DNA from: Camelus ferus
Taxonomy: Eukaryota
Direction of reading: 5' to 3'
DNA: 64,000 nt
Assembly: GCF_009834535.1 (NCBI RefSeq)
Contig: NC_045712.1
Span: forward strand, 10,726,001 to 10,790,000
Below, piece by piece: positions 24,786-37,600 of the stretch (positions within the stretch are counted from its first letter, which is position 1; every line of letters starts with the position of its first letter). The notes under the pieces are model-generated. The model was not told the DNA's origin and made no database searches. It saw only the letters and a program-made list of their open reading frames with translations. The position numbers were made by a program, and so were the translations under genes.

Positions 24786-24965
24786 AAAAATTTTTAAATT
24801 GAAGTACAGTTGATTTACAGTGTTGTGTTGGTTTCTGGTGTACAGTGCGGTGAGTCAGCCATACATATACGAACATTCTTTTTCATCATAGGCTATTACA
24901 AGATATTGAATACAGTTCCCTGTGCTATCCAGTAGGGCCTTGTTGTTTATGTGTTCCACATATAG
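24786..24965 (-). mobile_element. 5'-truncated cetartiodactyl/camelid L1 3' end with a perfect 17-bp TSD
   Basis: aattgaagtacagttgatttacagtgttgtg...aagatattgaatacagttccctgtgctat; tagttggttattatttt at 24769-24785 and 24966-24982. Confidence 0.9.
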
Positions 24966-25182
24966 TAGTTGGTTATTATTTTTTAAATAATGTAACTGGT
25001 GACCAAAATCAATAAATGAGAGCTTAACATTTTATAAAAAATGAAAACAAGCTACTTAAGTAAATTAAATAAATATGAGCCATTTATGGACCAAAGATGT
25101 CAGCATAATACAACATCCACTGAGATGCTCCTGAGAGCTTTTACAAGGAAAAAAAAACAAACCTGGCCAAGTCACCCTAAAA

Positions 25183-25206
25183 TGTGTGTGTGTGTGCGTG
25201 CGTGCG
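25183..25206. repeat. (TG)7(CGTG)2CG alternating purine-pyrimidine tract
   Basis: Read directly. Confidence 0.9.
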
Positions 25207-25850
25207 GGCATATACACAATTAGTGGCTTCCTCTTTAATTTACTTTGAAGTATGAACATGATTCTATTTTATCACTTCTGTATCACGCCCGTGAGTACTA
25301 GGAAATCAGATTCTATCACTGTGCACAAGACCTGAGTTCTCACATTCCTTAGTATGCTTTTTATCTTGTTTCCTTATATTTAGAAACTAGAGGGAAGTGG
25401 CTTGAGCCCTAGACTTTGCAAGGCACTAAATCTTTTATTTAGAAGGTAGGCAGCTCGTGAAATGAGACATGACACACATCTTTGTCAAGCAAATTGGAAT
25501 AGATTTTGAAATGGGACCGTCAAACTTAATTAAAGGAGAAGCTCATATTATGACACAATATTTAACCTTCTAGGAAGAAGTGTGTATCCCACAAGGTGAG
25601 GAATGTGTGGATCTCCTCACATAAACAGTTTTTATACCCTTCGTAACTTACTTTATCAGTGACAATGGCAAGGAGGCATAACATACTGCACTATAAAGTC
25701 ACTGTATTGCTTGGGGAAAGTTACACTGGATTTGATCAGAAAAAGATGTGAGTTGTGTGTTGGTGGAAACATTCTTCATCATTCTATAATGGAAGAAAAA
25801 GATCATAAAACTTCTCGATGTGCTTCCTAATCCATTAGTGGATAAATGTA

Positions 25851-25853
<3 letters not shown>

Positions 25854-25884
<31 letters not shown>
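25854..25884. repeat. (AC)15 microsatellite
   Basis: Uninterrupted AC repeat read directly. Confidence 0.95.
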
Positions 25885-25885
<1 letters not shown>

Positions 25886-27859
25886 CAAGAAATAAACTTC
25901 ACCTTACTTGAAAATCTTTGCCTTATGAAATAAGTCCTATTTCCCTTTTTACCAAGAGCGGGGCTCTGGATGAACCCTTGGCATTTGCTCTAATTATGTT
26001 ACGATATTATTCACTGTACTTGACGCAAAAACTTAAAATCAGTATTAGTCATACCACACTGAGCTCTTTATTAACCAGAAATACGTGATATCAGTTTTTA
26101 AACCATACATGTTCAGATTCCATAGGCAGATGGTAGCTAGTGAAAATTCCCCAAACTGGTGCAAGTTAAATTTAAACACAAGTTGAGGATTCACGCATTT
26201 GGGTAAAGGACTTGGATAAATCCAAATTGAATTTGGTGACATCGACAAATATTTGCACCTGCTTTATTGGATGGTTGTTTGATTCTGATGTGGTCTTTTT
26301 TTCCCCTCTTCTCTCTTCTTCCAGGTCTTTCCAGGGAAGCTATTACATTAAGCGACCAACAGGAAATGAACTAACAGATCTGGACCTCTAGACCAATTCC
26401 TTCATCGCCATACAGGCTGTAGTCACAGAACAGAAAAAGCTCTGAGCCCCACGTACTGTGAATCCTGGCAATGGTCTGTATGCTCGAGACCACGGGAAGA
26501 GAATATCCCTTTATCTTCCCATTGCATTTTTAGTCAGGACTAACGCTATTCAAAGGAAATTCCAGAAAGCACTCATCTTCTAGAAAAGGCCACGTGGTTA
26601 GGACATTTTGGCCAATAATGAGGCTTGCAGAGTTTTTCAAGGAAATAATCTCATTTTAGCTAATCTTAGTTAAGAATGTTAGAAGATTTTATGAAAAATC
26701 CAGATTTCTGGTTCTCTTGAAAAACTGAAGACATGACGATGCAGTAAAGATATCCTCAGACAGAAATAATTTCTGGTAACTTCCCATCAGGCAGGCAATG
26801 AGTTCTTCATTAGTCAAGGGACCACCCAACATGCCTGGATTCTGGAAGTTCTTTACTTGGCTCCCTCTGGGCTAGTCTTTCCTGAAGATACACAGTGTCT
26901 TTTGGTAAATTAAAGGCTTTTGAGGATTTCTATTTTATCTTGTTGAAAACCTTTTCCTCGATATATTTGAATATAGTTTTTTGCCTCCACATTTTGGGAT
27001 GTACTGTCCTAGATCATTTTTTGGGTTTAGGATTTCAGTTTGCACTCCAAGATTTACAGATGAAAATCAGTTTCTAATACATTTCTTGGTACATGGGTAT
27101 CGGCCAGAAATTCAAGGAATTCTGATTTGCTGGTATGAATTCTATGCTGCCTTCTGGCAAATATTTGTGGAAGTGTCTGGGAAGCTCAGATTTTGCAAGG
27201 AGGATTCCATTTCCACTTTTGGATGCTTTTACAGGCATTCAAGATGCAGAATAAATATACTTGGTTGGAGTGTTTATACAGTTAATTAGACTTAAGTGTA
27301 TTCTGGGAGAGATGAAGGAGCCTCTGGATTTTACCTGAAGTTTAACTTAAAAAATCCACATTGGGGGACCCACTGTGCTGCCGATCCAGTAAGAGCCCCT
27401 AGTAATATCTATTCTGGAGAAAAGGCTTTGGAGAAAAAAACAGATAAACCTCCAATACGATAGGGAAAGTAACAGGGGTATATAGGGCTATTATCCTCTA
27501 CCAGGTAAACTAGAACTTAACTAGAAGGAAACATAAGCATCAGCTGAGTAACTCTCAAAAAAAGAAGATGGGCACGGATGTATTTTTTGGGAGGTGAGCG
27601 CATTATGTATCATCCAAGTGACCACTATGGAAGCCTAATAATAGGATTTGACATTTCATCTTGCTGGCTGAGGACACTGAACTTGTGGGAATGGATTTCT
27701 AGTTTTCAAATTATTAAAGTTGCAAACACTGGTTATGATGGCAGCAGTGACCTTGTGCAAAAAATTCTGGCGGACTACGTGTCCCTGAGCATGTGTTCTC
27801 TGAATTTGGCTAGAGCTGATACAGGAGAAATAAAGGGCAAATAAAGAGGACAAGTAGAT

Positions 27860-28977
27860 TTAGAAAGAAGTTATTTACCACTTTAATAGGCCTGTCCAAC
27901 ATTTGGTCACATAGATTGTTCTGGAACCTCAGGGCTTTAACGGTCTTCTCATCTCACCAGAAGAGATCTGAACACTCTTGGAAAAAAAAACAAACCAAAT
28001 ATAGAAAGAGGTGCGTTGATAAGACTTGTTGCTACAGCACTATGTACTTCAATGATGTCAGACTTTGGGTTTAATCAGAGGACATTTCTGCAGTCTAGGA
28101 CGGCTATGCAAAGCCTTAACACGTTGTATTTACATAGCTGAATACAGGGACCCACATTCTACCATAACTCGGCCAGAGTCTTGACAGCATGGTGGAGCAG
28201 TGCCCTCAGGAATCCTCACTTTTCTTATCTGTGGAAAAGCTAGTAGTTCTAAAAATATTTTCCTGGAAGAGGTTAGAAAGGTTATTATATACCAGTTGAA
28301 TATAAAGTGTGGTTAAGTAAGCCAAGCTTGCATGCTAATACTGCACAGGGTGGAAAGCAATAAAACAGGACGCTGAGCTCCTTGGCCATCCGGTAGAAAG
28401 AGAAGGAAGCTCCTGATTCAGAATCGTTATGATGCCTCAGATTCCAGGAGTCCACATGCAGCCGGCCGTCCAGCGTTGAGTGCCACGTTGACCTCTCCAA
28501 AGGGCACATATTTTTCCTTGCCGATAGAAAAAGAAAGGACAAGAAAACAAAACCAAACGTCCAAAACTCAAAGAGGTACGCCAGTCTCCTCAAACTGTGG
28601 TACTGTTCGTTTTTTGAAGAGAATATATAATATTTCAAAATATTATATATATACATATATTTCAAATGGTACAAAGTAACTATAGATCCAAATTAGAAGA
28701 CAGTTGATTGTTCTTCATAATCCCAAAAATTTGCATTGAGAAACTCCCCCCCCCTTTTTTTTTCTTAAACCCACTTTCCATGGTGTTGCCCAAAACTCCA
28801 GGTCTTCTCATTATAGGATACTTCGTGACACACAGTGAAAGCACTGTGATTATCTGGTAACCAGTCAAAGTGCAAGTAAGAAATCCATTTGGCTTCTAAT
28901 GTATAAGATGTTTTAAATTCTTAAAATGTATTTTCCGCAGAGGTGGTTTTCCTTTACTACTATAACAAATGCTTCCG
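27860..28977 (-). other. TAFA1: Probable TAFA1 3' UTR (3' end inferred)
   Basis: Follows the stop codon, has no recognisable repeats, and ends at an ATTAAA with a downstream U-rich tract on the minus strand. Confidence 0.6.
27882..27887 (-). terminator. Candidate TAFA1 polyadenylation signal (ATTAAA)
   Basis: Plus tttaat; followed on minus by ...aacttctttctaaatctacttgtcctctttatttgccctttattt (U-rich downstream element). Alternatives: ATTAAA 28070-28075, AATAAA 26263-26268 and 26067-26072. Confidence 0.5.
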
Positions 28978-28995
28978 TTAGGTTCTTGGATGAAT
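28978..28995 (-). CDS. TAFA1: TAFA1 terminal coding segment (IHPRT-stop)
   Basis: Minus strand: (CTTT)n-rich tract ctttctttggtttcAG, then ATT CAT CCA AGA ACC TAA. In frame with the upstream exon and gives the known TAFA1 C-terminus KTTR-IHPRT. Too short for the ORF track. Confidence 0.95.
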   Translation of the reverse strand: MHPRT

Positions 28996-29259
28996 CTGAA
29001 ACCAAAGAAAGAAAGAAAGAAATTTCAGGGAGAAAAGAAGAAAAAGAAGGGACAAAGAAAAGAGATTAGCAGAAAATGAAGACACCTTGAAATTTTAGGA
29101 TGTTCCTTCTTTCAAGTGAACTGAAGTGAAAAAATGTTAAAGGCTGGAGCAGTAGTTCTCAAACAGTAGTCAAAGCACATGGACGGGCCACCATATTTTT
29201 ATCAATTCATTAAATTAATTTTGCAACAAGTTAAGGAGATAGAATCTTGGAGCGATGCC

Positions 29260-29430
29260 TAACTGGGACTGGGGTCACAGGCATGTGACCTATGAAGCTG
29301 CAGACAGCCCTTTGCTGAAATGGGCCCCACATTTGGTTTAATGACCAAATTGAAATTATTAGTAATTTTTGAACAAGAGGCCATGTGTTTTCATTTTGCA
29401 CTGGATCCTCCCTGCAAATTATGTTGTCAT
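29260..29430. mobile_element. MER91-type hAT-Tip100 MITE
   Basis: ttgaaattattagtaatttttgaacaagaggcc...gttttcattttgcactgg...gcaaattatgt. Confidence 0.7.
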
Positions 29431-32400
29431 TCCTGTGTCTGTCTGATGAGAATTTCATGAGTAGGAAACTCCATGGCCTTGTCATGCTGGTCTGTTGTAA
29501 GATGCAGAGGGGTGACATAAGGTGAACTCATTGCCAAGGTTAGACCACATTTGTTGAGAAACCTGAGAGATCTTTGTAAGGTGAGGAACTGTTCCACTCA
29601 GACAATGACAAAGCACAATCAAGGGTGTACTCTTATAACTACTAATGCCATTTAATCCACTCAAATATGGTCCCAAAGATTCTTATATTCAACAAGATGC
29701 ATGCACAGAGAATCACTGGTTTAGAGTATGAATGATGATTCTAATAGAGTTGAAGATTCTGCTTTGAAGTTCTAGGACAGCAGGCATTTATCTTCATCAT
29801 CTCTTAATTCTTTATAGCCTTAGAAAAAGAGTGTTCTGAGTCCAGGAGTGAAATCCATTTAAAGCTTTCAGGGTTAGGTAAGAACAGTAATACGAGTCTG
29901 CATTTGAAAGTTGGTTGGGCCAGGGGCAGAATGTATGAGAAATCTTCACAAATTTCTATTTATTCTCTCCATATAAATAACAGATCCTTTTGAATCTTGG
30001 TTTCCTACATTCCAGTGGTCTTTATCACATTTTGTGCTCATTGTCTTCATTTTAACCGAATGGAAGGAGAAAGTGACATTTTCCAAAGCTAAACAGGAAT
30101 TGCCTTTCTTTTATTTTGTACCGAACCCCGCACGGTCCCATCCAACCTTAGGTACAGGGCAGAACAGGGGCTCTGCTATGTCCACCACCTCATGCCCAAG
30201 ACCTTAACTTTAGATAAAAGAGGCTTCATATTATTTATTGGTTAAAGACATGAATGAGCTCGCTTTGCTCCAACTGGGATAGCATAGTTTATTCTTTAAG
30301 AAGATAATTTGCTCTTCCTTCCTACAATCCCTAAAGACCCACAGCCCCTCCCTTCAGCCCCAACCTCTCTCTGACTAAAGGCATTTCTTGCAAAACGAAT
30401 AGACTAGCAATCAGGATCATAAAGGCTCTCAGAACGTTTCAGACCTGGTGGAATTTTGAGTGAAAGAAGCTGTAATATGTCCAAGCTGGTCCTTTACCCT
30501 TCAGCAGTATAAAAAACCATCAGGGTGATTTAGAATGGGTGGAGATACGCAAAGTCAGAGTCACTATATAGAAGGATGGGCCCAGGAGGCTGTGGACAAA
30601 TGATTGTGGTGAGTTGTGTTGGGCTAGTCATTTAAAACACCAAATTTGACAAGACAGCTCTTGTGGTTAGCTGTGTAACCTGAGATCTGTAGCTTGCCCT
30701 TTTAGGGGGTGAAACTTGACTCTACATTGTGCACTGTTGATTTCCTCCCCAGTCGGAAAGACATTAATGTATTGCGTTGGAGGAAATCCAGAGTTGCTTG
30801 ATACTTCCCAGGGTATTAGACCAGATTATGTTCTGGTGTTTTAATCTGCTAATTTTCCTTCCCAAGTGATTTTGGATTTCTCTCCATTTTATTCTCTTCC
30901 TCTTCCTGTCCCCAAACAACCAATGTTCACTTTTTACATATAAATTATTACAGTTTGTCAAACAACTTATTTTCTCTGCGGGGTACTTTATCTTTCTAAA
31001 CTAAGTCATTGATCCTGAATACAAAGATTATAGATATATTCCTGGACATACAGCGTATAGCCTTCTCAATTTCAAACTTATGTTTTTTATATAGAAGTTT
31101 AAAGAAAAGAAATACATCAATGGATATCTAAACTATAGGTAAAAACCTCTGGTTAATATTTGGGTTGGTTAGTCTTGCTACAGATTACTAACAATGCAAT
31201 TTAATAAAACAATAGAAGCAATGATCAAGCAGAATGGGGTTAAAATTTAGCCAAGAAACTTCACCCAAATGCACCAAACTTCTCCCCAGAAAGTATGTTA
31301 CCAGCTTTACTGTACCACGGGCTGGATTTTTAGAAAACCTCTCAAGCATGGCCATTTTCTCTGTAGGGTGGCATTCAGGAAGCTTCCTCTTTCCCTATCA
31401 CTTATTCTTTCGAATCTCCTGAAAGGGAAGCTTTCACTTAATTCTGTGTATCTTTTCTCCTTCCTTCTGAGTTGCATTTTCACCCAAATCCATTTTCCCC
31501 AAGCTTTTCTTCAGAATGTGGCCTGTTACCCTGGCTAGTCCACATTCTTGGGTGTCTGGTTATTTAAATGAAACACTGAATTCCTACTCTTCCTCATCCT
31601 AAAAAATTAGCATCATAAAAATATAAGTTAGACCACCCTTTGAACCGTCTTTTGTTTATCCACAGTTCAAAGACTGCTGAGAATTTTGGCTCAGGATGAT
31701 TGATTGGGAAGTAACCCACATAATAGGAAGGTTTTGGGGTGAAAAAAAACTATACAGGGAGAAAGAATGATGTCTCAGGAATCTTTCTTGCAAATTTCTT
31801 TACACTGGAGCTACTTAAAAAAAAATAACAGTGTGAAGGAAACTCCCAGTTGCCATTAGCAATCTGGGTATGTTTCTTCGAGTTTTTGTTTTAATTTTTT
31901 CCTGAGAGCACTCTCTTTCAATCAGGCTTATACATAAGAACAAAAGAAGTGATTTTCTTTATTTTTCCTTTCACTTTAATAAGAACTTGAATGCTTTACC
32001 CTGAAGATTCTTAGATAAAGAACAATGAAAACATATGATGCATAATTAAAGCACATCTGTGAATTACATTGTTTCAAAAGCTAAATTGCTAGAGTCAACA
32101 TTTGAAGTGTGTAGGCATATTTATACTCTGATGGGGAAACATACACAGGGCATACTCGAAAAACTCACATAAAACCCATTTTCAGGGCATATGATCTAAG
32201 GACTGGTGTTCGCTGTTTGTATAGAATGGAGCTCTTGTACGTATCATCTGGACTTAATTGGTGCCTTTTAAAAGTGCTTATTTCATTGTGAATTTCTTTG
32301 TAAGGAAGTGGGGAGAAACTGTAGGTCAGTAGTAGCGTTTGGGTTTTCTCAAGGTTTAAAACGATACAGCTTTTTCTAATGTCATCTTTTTCTGTCTCTA

Positions 32401-33431
32401 AAGACAGACTCGAGAATTCTTAGTTGACCTGTGTGCCACTCACAGGGCAGTAGAGTAGACTCTTATTTCCATGCCTGAAATGAATGCACACATCAGAGCA
32501 GGCGCATCCTCTGCTTTTAAACTGACTGCAAGGACAATTTATTTCTCTCGCACACTCAACTGTCTGGACTGCATTCGGCCCACCCAAGGCCATACTGAAC
32601 CCAGTGTGTACCAGGCTCTTATACCCTGATCAGATTTTGTACCTCCACCTCTGTGATGCTGGAGAATGTCCGTGATGTATTTACAACATGTCTGATGGTT
32701 TCAAAATATACTTTACAAAGTGACGTAAGTCACCAAAAAGTAGCGTTAACAATTTCTGTGTTCTGTGTGCTTATTTTCAATCTGCCCAAGAGTTTCCTTG
32801 TTGGTATTCTTGGGAGTTTCACATGTTTAAATTCTGAAATATTTTGACTTACATTATTGTTCTTTACTGAGTTTCAAGTCTAGAGGCACCATTGGAGCGG
32901 AGCTTACCATCCATAAATGGTGATCAGTTATCATTTAGAATAGGGATTGGACATTTGGCAGAGAATATGTCAGCAGTGCATTTATAACAATCGTGACTGG
33001 ATTCCACTCACACTGGCCAAAATTCAGAGTAGCTTAAAACTAATTTGTGAGGGTAACTTCAAATTATTTGGCAAAATCATCTTCAGGCAAAAATGTAACC
33101 AAAGGGAAACCTGAAATCCATACTCCACCAGCTAATTAAGGTGATTCCTGGGGGTAAGCGGCACAAACGGGGCTCATTTTTGCATACTCTCTTCTGTAGG
33201 TGTCTCACTGACATGAAGTATGATCAACCGGTGCATATAACGTGCACATTAACAAGCGAGGACAGTTTAGGCATCACTCCTGCTGCAACCTAGGGAGGTA
33301 GAGCTGCTCGCTGGCTAACCTGGTCAATACCAGCAACGGAATTTGACACACACAGTCTCCACTTATTTTATATATGGAAAAATGACTTATAAGATATTAT
33401 ATTTTTTGTATCCCAAAGATGCAAGAACTGA

Positions 33432-33458
33432 TTTTTTTTTTTTTTTTTTTTTTTTTTT
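33432..33458. repeat. T27 homopolymer
   Basis: Read directly. Confidence 0.95.
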
Positions 33459-34325
33459 GGAAAAGACAGTGCAGCGAAGACTCATGATACAGGGGCTGGA
33501 ATCAGAGATCCCCTTTTAAATCTGAGTTTCCCCCTTTAGAAGACTATCTACTGGGATCTGTAACTGGTGGAGCTTTCTTTAAAATATGCCCAATACCTTA
33601 AAATACATACACACATAAACAGGGCTGACATTCATGTCGTATAAACACATATCACCTTACGGGTTGTTAAAATACTGACAAATGTTTGTACTAGTGAGTC
33701 AGTAGCTACTGTTTTACGTGCCCTCAGCAACCCCTCTCCACACCCTCATTAGAATTCCCGGGCTCTCTTATGGTCCAGGATTTGTCGGGTCAATGGCTGG
33801 CCTAGCTGGGCCTCTACAACCTGCTCCAGCATCATGACACCGATTTTAATGAGCTGGGTAGCCCTCACCATACAGGTTGGTCTGTGTTTTGAAGCCAACT
33901 CCTGACTTAACCAGAGAAAGCAAGGAATGATTATTCACATCAGAAAACCTTTTCACTTCCCTAAAAGGGCATCAAAGAATTCCTTTAAAGGACCTTTAGA
34001 AAATGGCTGTACTTAAATGCAGAGCTTTTCAGCAAACCATCTGAATGAATTAAGCAAGACCCTTATTTTATTATCTGTTCTGAGCACCATAAATGTCAGA
34101 TGAATTATCCAAATAACTACCTTCACTGCTCCTCTCCCCTTGGGCTCTGGCAACCCAGCTTTATTTAACAGCAACACTAAACTGCAACAGGATGAAGAAG
34201 TCAAGTTCAATGTCTAACTTCTCTTTGATGGATGGACATTGATCTGAATGGTTCAGAATAATTTCTGTTGGGGGGAAAGGCTTCTTGCTCTCCTGCTTAA
34301 AGCTTCTCTGGGTGCTGTTCGTTCA

Positions 34326-34556
<231 letters not shown>

Positions 34557-37384
34557 TCATCCAAACAACCTGGGCACGAGGCTGTGTCCCTCTACAGATG
34601 TTAATGCTCTTTGAAACATGTTAGGTCCTTTTTAGCCTTTCCTGATTGGCTGAGAATGTTCTATTAAGAAGAGCAAGATTTTAACTTAAAGGTCTTACAA
34701 TGCAAATATAATTATGCTGTCCGGTTTCATCAAGCCACATTTCACCCAAAATCTCCTTGTGTGATGAAAACATATGGAACGGGGACACATTTTTTGGAAG
34801 AACTTTTGTATTAGGTTTGCAGATCAAGGACCTTGTACTTTTTTTTTTCCCAGTGAAAGGGACAAAAGTGCTAAATGTTCCTCAGAATGACTGACTGAGC
34901 TATTCTTTTCAGAGAGGCCAGTTTCTCTACCCAGCATTAGGGTTTCTCTCCCAGCCTAGGGCCTTTGAGAATTTCAAAGGTCTACCAAAAGAAAAAAAAA
35001 AAAATGACTGAAAGTACAAAAAAAAAAAAAAAAAAACAACAACAAAAAACACCCTGTGAAATAAAAACCAAGTGTCATAATGAATGAAACTACTTGTTTA
35101 CAGTCCAAAATATATTTGATATGAGCTGTGGTTTCCTTCTAATATGTTTGATGTGCTGAGGGGGACTTTCAAAACATGAGCCTCTGAAGAACACAGCCCT
35201 GCTTTTCAGGGTGATACCAAGGATGACTGTCTTAGGAAGCTGGCAATGAATTCAGGGAATGTATGTACCACACCTTTTTTTTTTGATAATGAGATTTTAT
35301 AAAAGTAGGGACTAAATTCACTCAGTACAAATTAAGCAGCTCCACATCTTCTTTAACGCCTTGAATGAAAATTATTTCTGCACAAGCACAGGTCATTTCT
35401 CAAGCTCCTCAAGGCATCAGATTTTTACAAATCCACCTGGGCTCTTTCTTGCAAAATCCTCAAATTATCTGCGATTGTTTCTTTCATGACCCTTTCCAGC
35501 TGGCTGTCTTTACACGGGGCTGGAACTCTGATTCTTTCCACTATTCCTCTCCCAACCCCTCCCACCTCAAAGATGAGTCTCCACCATGACGTTTAAGTCT
35601 TACAACCTCAAAGAACCTCAGTGACATCTCTTAATGTCACAGAGAATTAATAATAAAATGAGATAGAATCATTGCTACGGTGAAGCAGAGGCACATAATA
35701 ATTTTCTTTGTCTGGTGTTCACTAGAGGGGTTAGATTGCTACCTTAAAAGCAGCATGGTTTAAGCATCCAGACATCTATCTGCATTCAGGCTTCCTCCTG
35801 CTACATTTTTCTTATTTCAGTCTTCCCCTCCTTTTGAACCCAGTCTTCCCCAAGCTTTCCTTCAAAGAATGATTACTCCACAGGATTTCATATGCAAAAT
35901 CATGTCTACTCTATTATACGGTCAATTTAAGGATTTTTTTCCCAAGGGTAACTTTGCCTGTATTTGATGGACACCTTCTATGTGGTCCAGACCAAATCAC
36001 ATAAAATGCAGCTCCATTGGAGAGGGCAAGCAGAGGAAGTAAAATCTCATGAATAGTTCTATCCATATGCAAGACAGCATGATATTTTGGTAAAACGCAG
36101 GCTAAAAAGAGAAAATACAAGTCCTCCACAGGGTCTAAAATGATTATGAAAGTTTTGATTGTTTTTCTTTTTAATAGCAGGGCTCTGCGTCAGGGCATGG
36201 AGTCAAGGAAGATTCTAATCATGGGTAAAAGAGGCCTTATTTACGTGAATTAATAGGTGACAATATTGAATAGGAAAGTACATATTTTGGCAACAAGAAA
36301 AACATATGCAGTGTGGAAAGGCTACAAAAACAAATGGCAAAGCTTCCAGTAGCGTCAGATACAAGTCTGACTGAGGGTGTTTATCAAAGACCTCCATTCT
36401 GAGGCTCCCTAGTGGCTAGAGCTCTGTCACAGAGAGGCCAGTCACATTGGCCACACTTGTCCCCTTAAAGGCCACCTAACATTTCACTATTGCTGCCCTG
36501 AATCTAGACCATCAAGAAGGGAAACCCTCTGATCTGAGCTCTGAGGGGAAGGTGTCCTTTCCCCACAGTCTTCGATTTAGCTTTTGTCACAGAGGCACAC
36601 AAATAATGAACCACTGCTGCTAAGGTCAGCCGTCAGCAGCTTTGCCTCTTTCTAAAGGATCCCATTCCATTTTCTACGCTGCTCTCTGCCCTCTCACAGC
36701 TGACCTACTTGGATCCAAGCTAACAAAGCGGTTTCTCCTCTTTCTCTCAAGCATTCATATCTCTTACATGAAAATGTAGACAGTGGGGAAAAGAATGCAA
36801 CTCAAAATCTGCGTAACGCCTTTAATTCAAGTTTATAAAGCCCCACTAACTCAGAGGGCAAGAGAAGAGGCTTTCTAAGAATAAAAATGTCCCAGGCCTG
36901 CCTCTGGTCTCAAAATGCACATTCCAGTTCCTCTGCTAAATGGACTTTAACGATTTGGCACTAGCGTCTGGCTTAACAGAATCCAGTTCATTCTTCCAGT
37001 GTTGCTTTTCTAAAGGCGTTATTGGACCTGTTTTTTTTTCTGATTGGTGTATTACATGGTGATTTTAATACATATTATTTTATGTCCTACGTCAAACTGT
37101 AGTCTCTCATCCAAACTTTTTAATAAACTCCTATTTCCCTAATAACTTAAAAAATTTCACAGAGAAAGGATTTTCAATTTGCCTCTTCTTCTATTAAATT
37201 GGAAGCTACTGAAAAATCTTCTGATATTTGAACAAGGAGTGATCAATTGGATTTAACAGAATGAGCTAATATTTATTCTGTTTAGTTGTTTTTAATAGTT
37301 TTTTTCTTAGAGATGTAATTATAATAAGAAAAATGTAAATATAAATAATTTTAAAATATCTTGAATTACAATGGTCAGTTCAAT

Positions 37385-37600
37385 AATAAAAATGATAACT
37401 GACATTTCTGAATGCTTCTTATGTGTTCCTGTGTCTGGTACTTTTAAATGTATGATCTTAATCTTCAAAGCAACTCTATAAAGTGGGTATTAATATGAAC
37501 CCATTTTCAGATGAAAAAACTAAAGCCCAGAAAGGTGAAGTAACTTTCCCAAGCTTACACAGGTAGAAAGTGCAGAAATTAATACACGAGTCCAGGCTTG
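37385..37600 (-). mobile_element. MIR SINE
   Basis: cccattttcagatgaaaaaactaaagcccagaaaggtgaagtaactttcccaag core. Confidence 0.8.

Noticed and set aside
26890-27300. Segment that looks superficially like a processed pseudogene (HRIHT-like motif on the minus strand)
   Set aside because: All frames are interrupted by stops, there is no C2H2 spacing, no parent gene was recognised, and there is no A tail or TSD.
28285-28674. 129-aa minus-strand ORF, and plus-strand ORFs 27578-27844 and 28476-28679
   Set aside because: They lie in or beside the TAFA1 3' UTR after the stop codon and resemble no protein I recognise.
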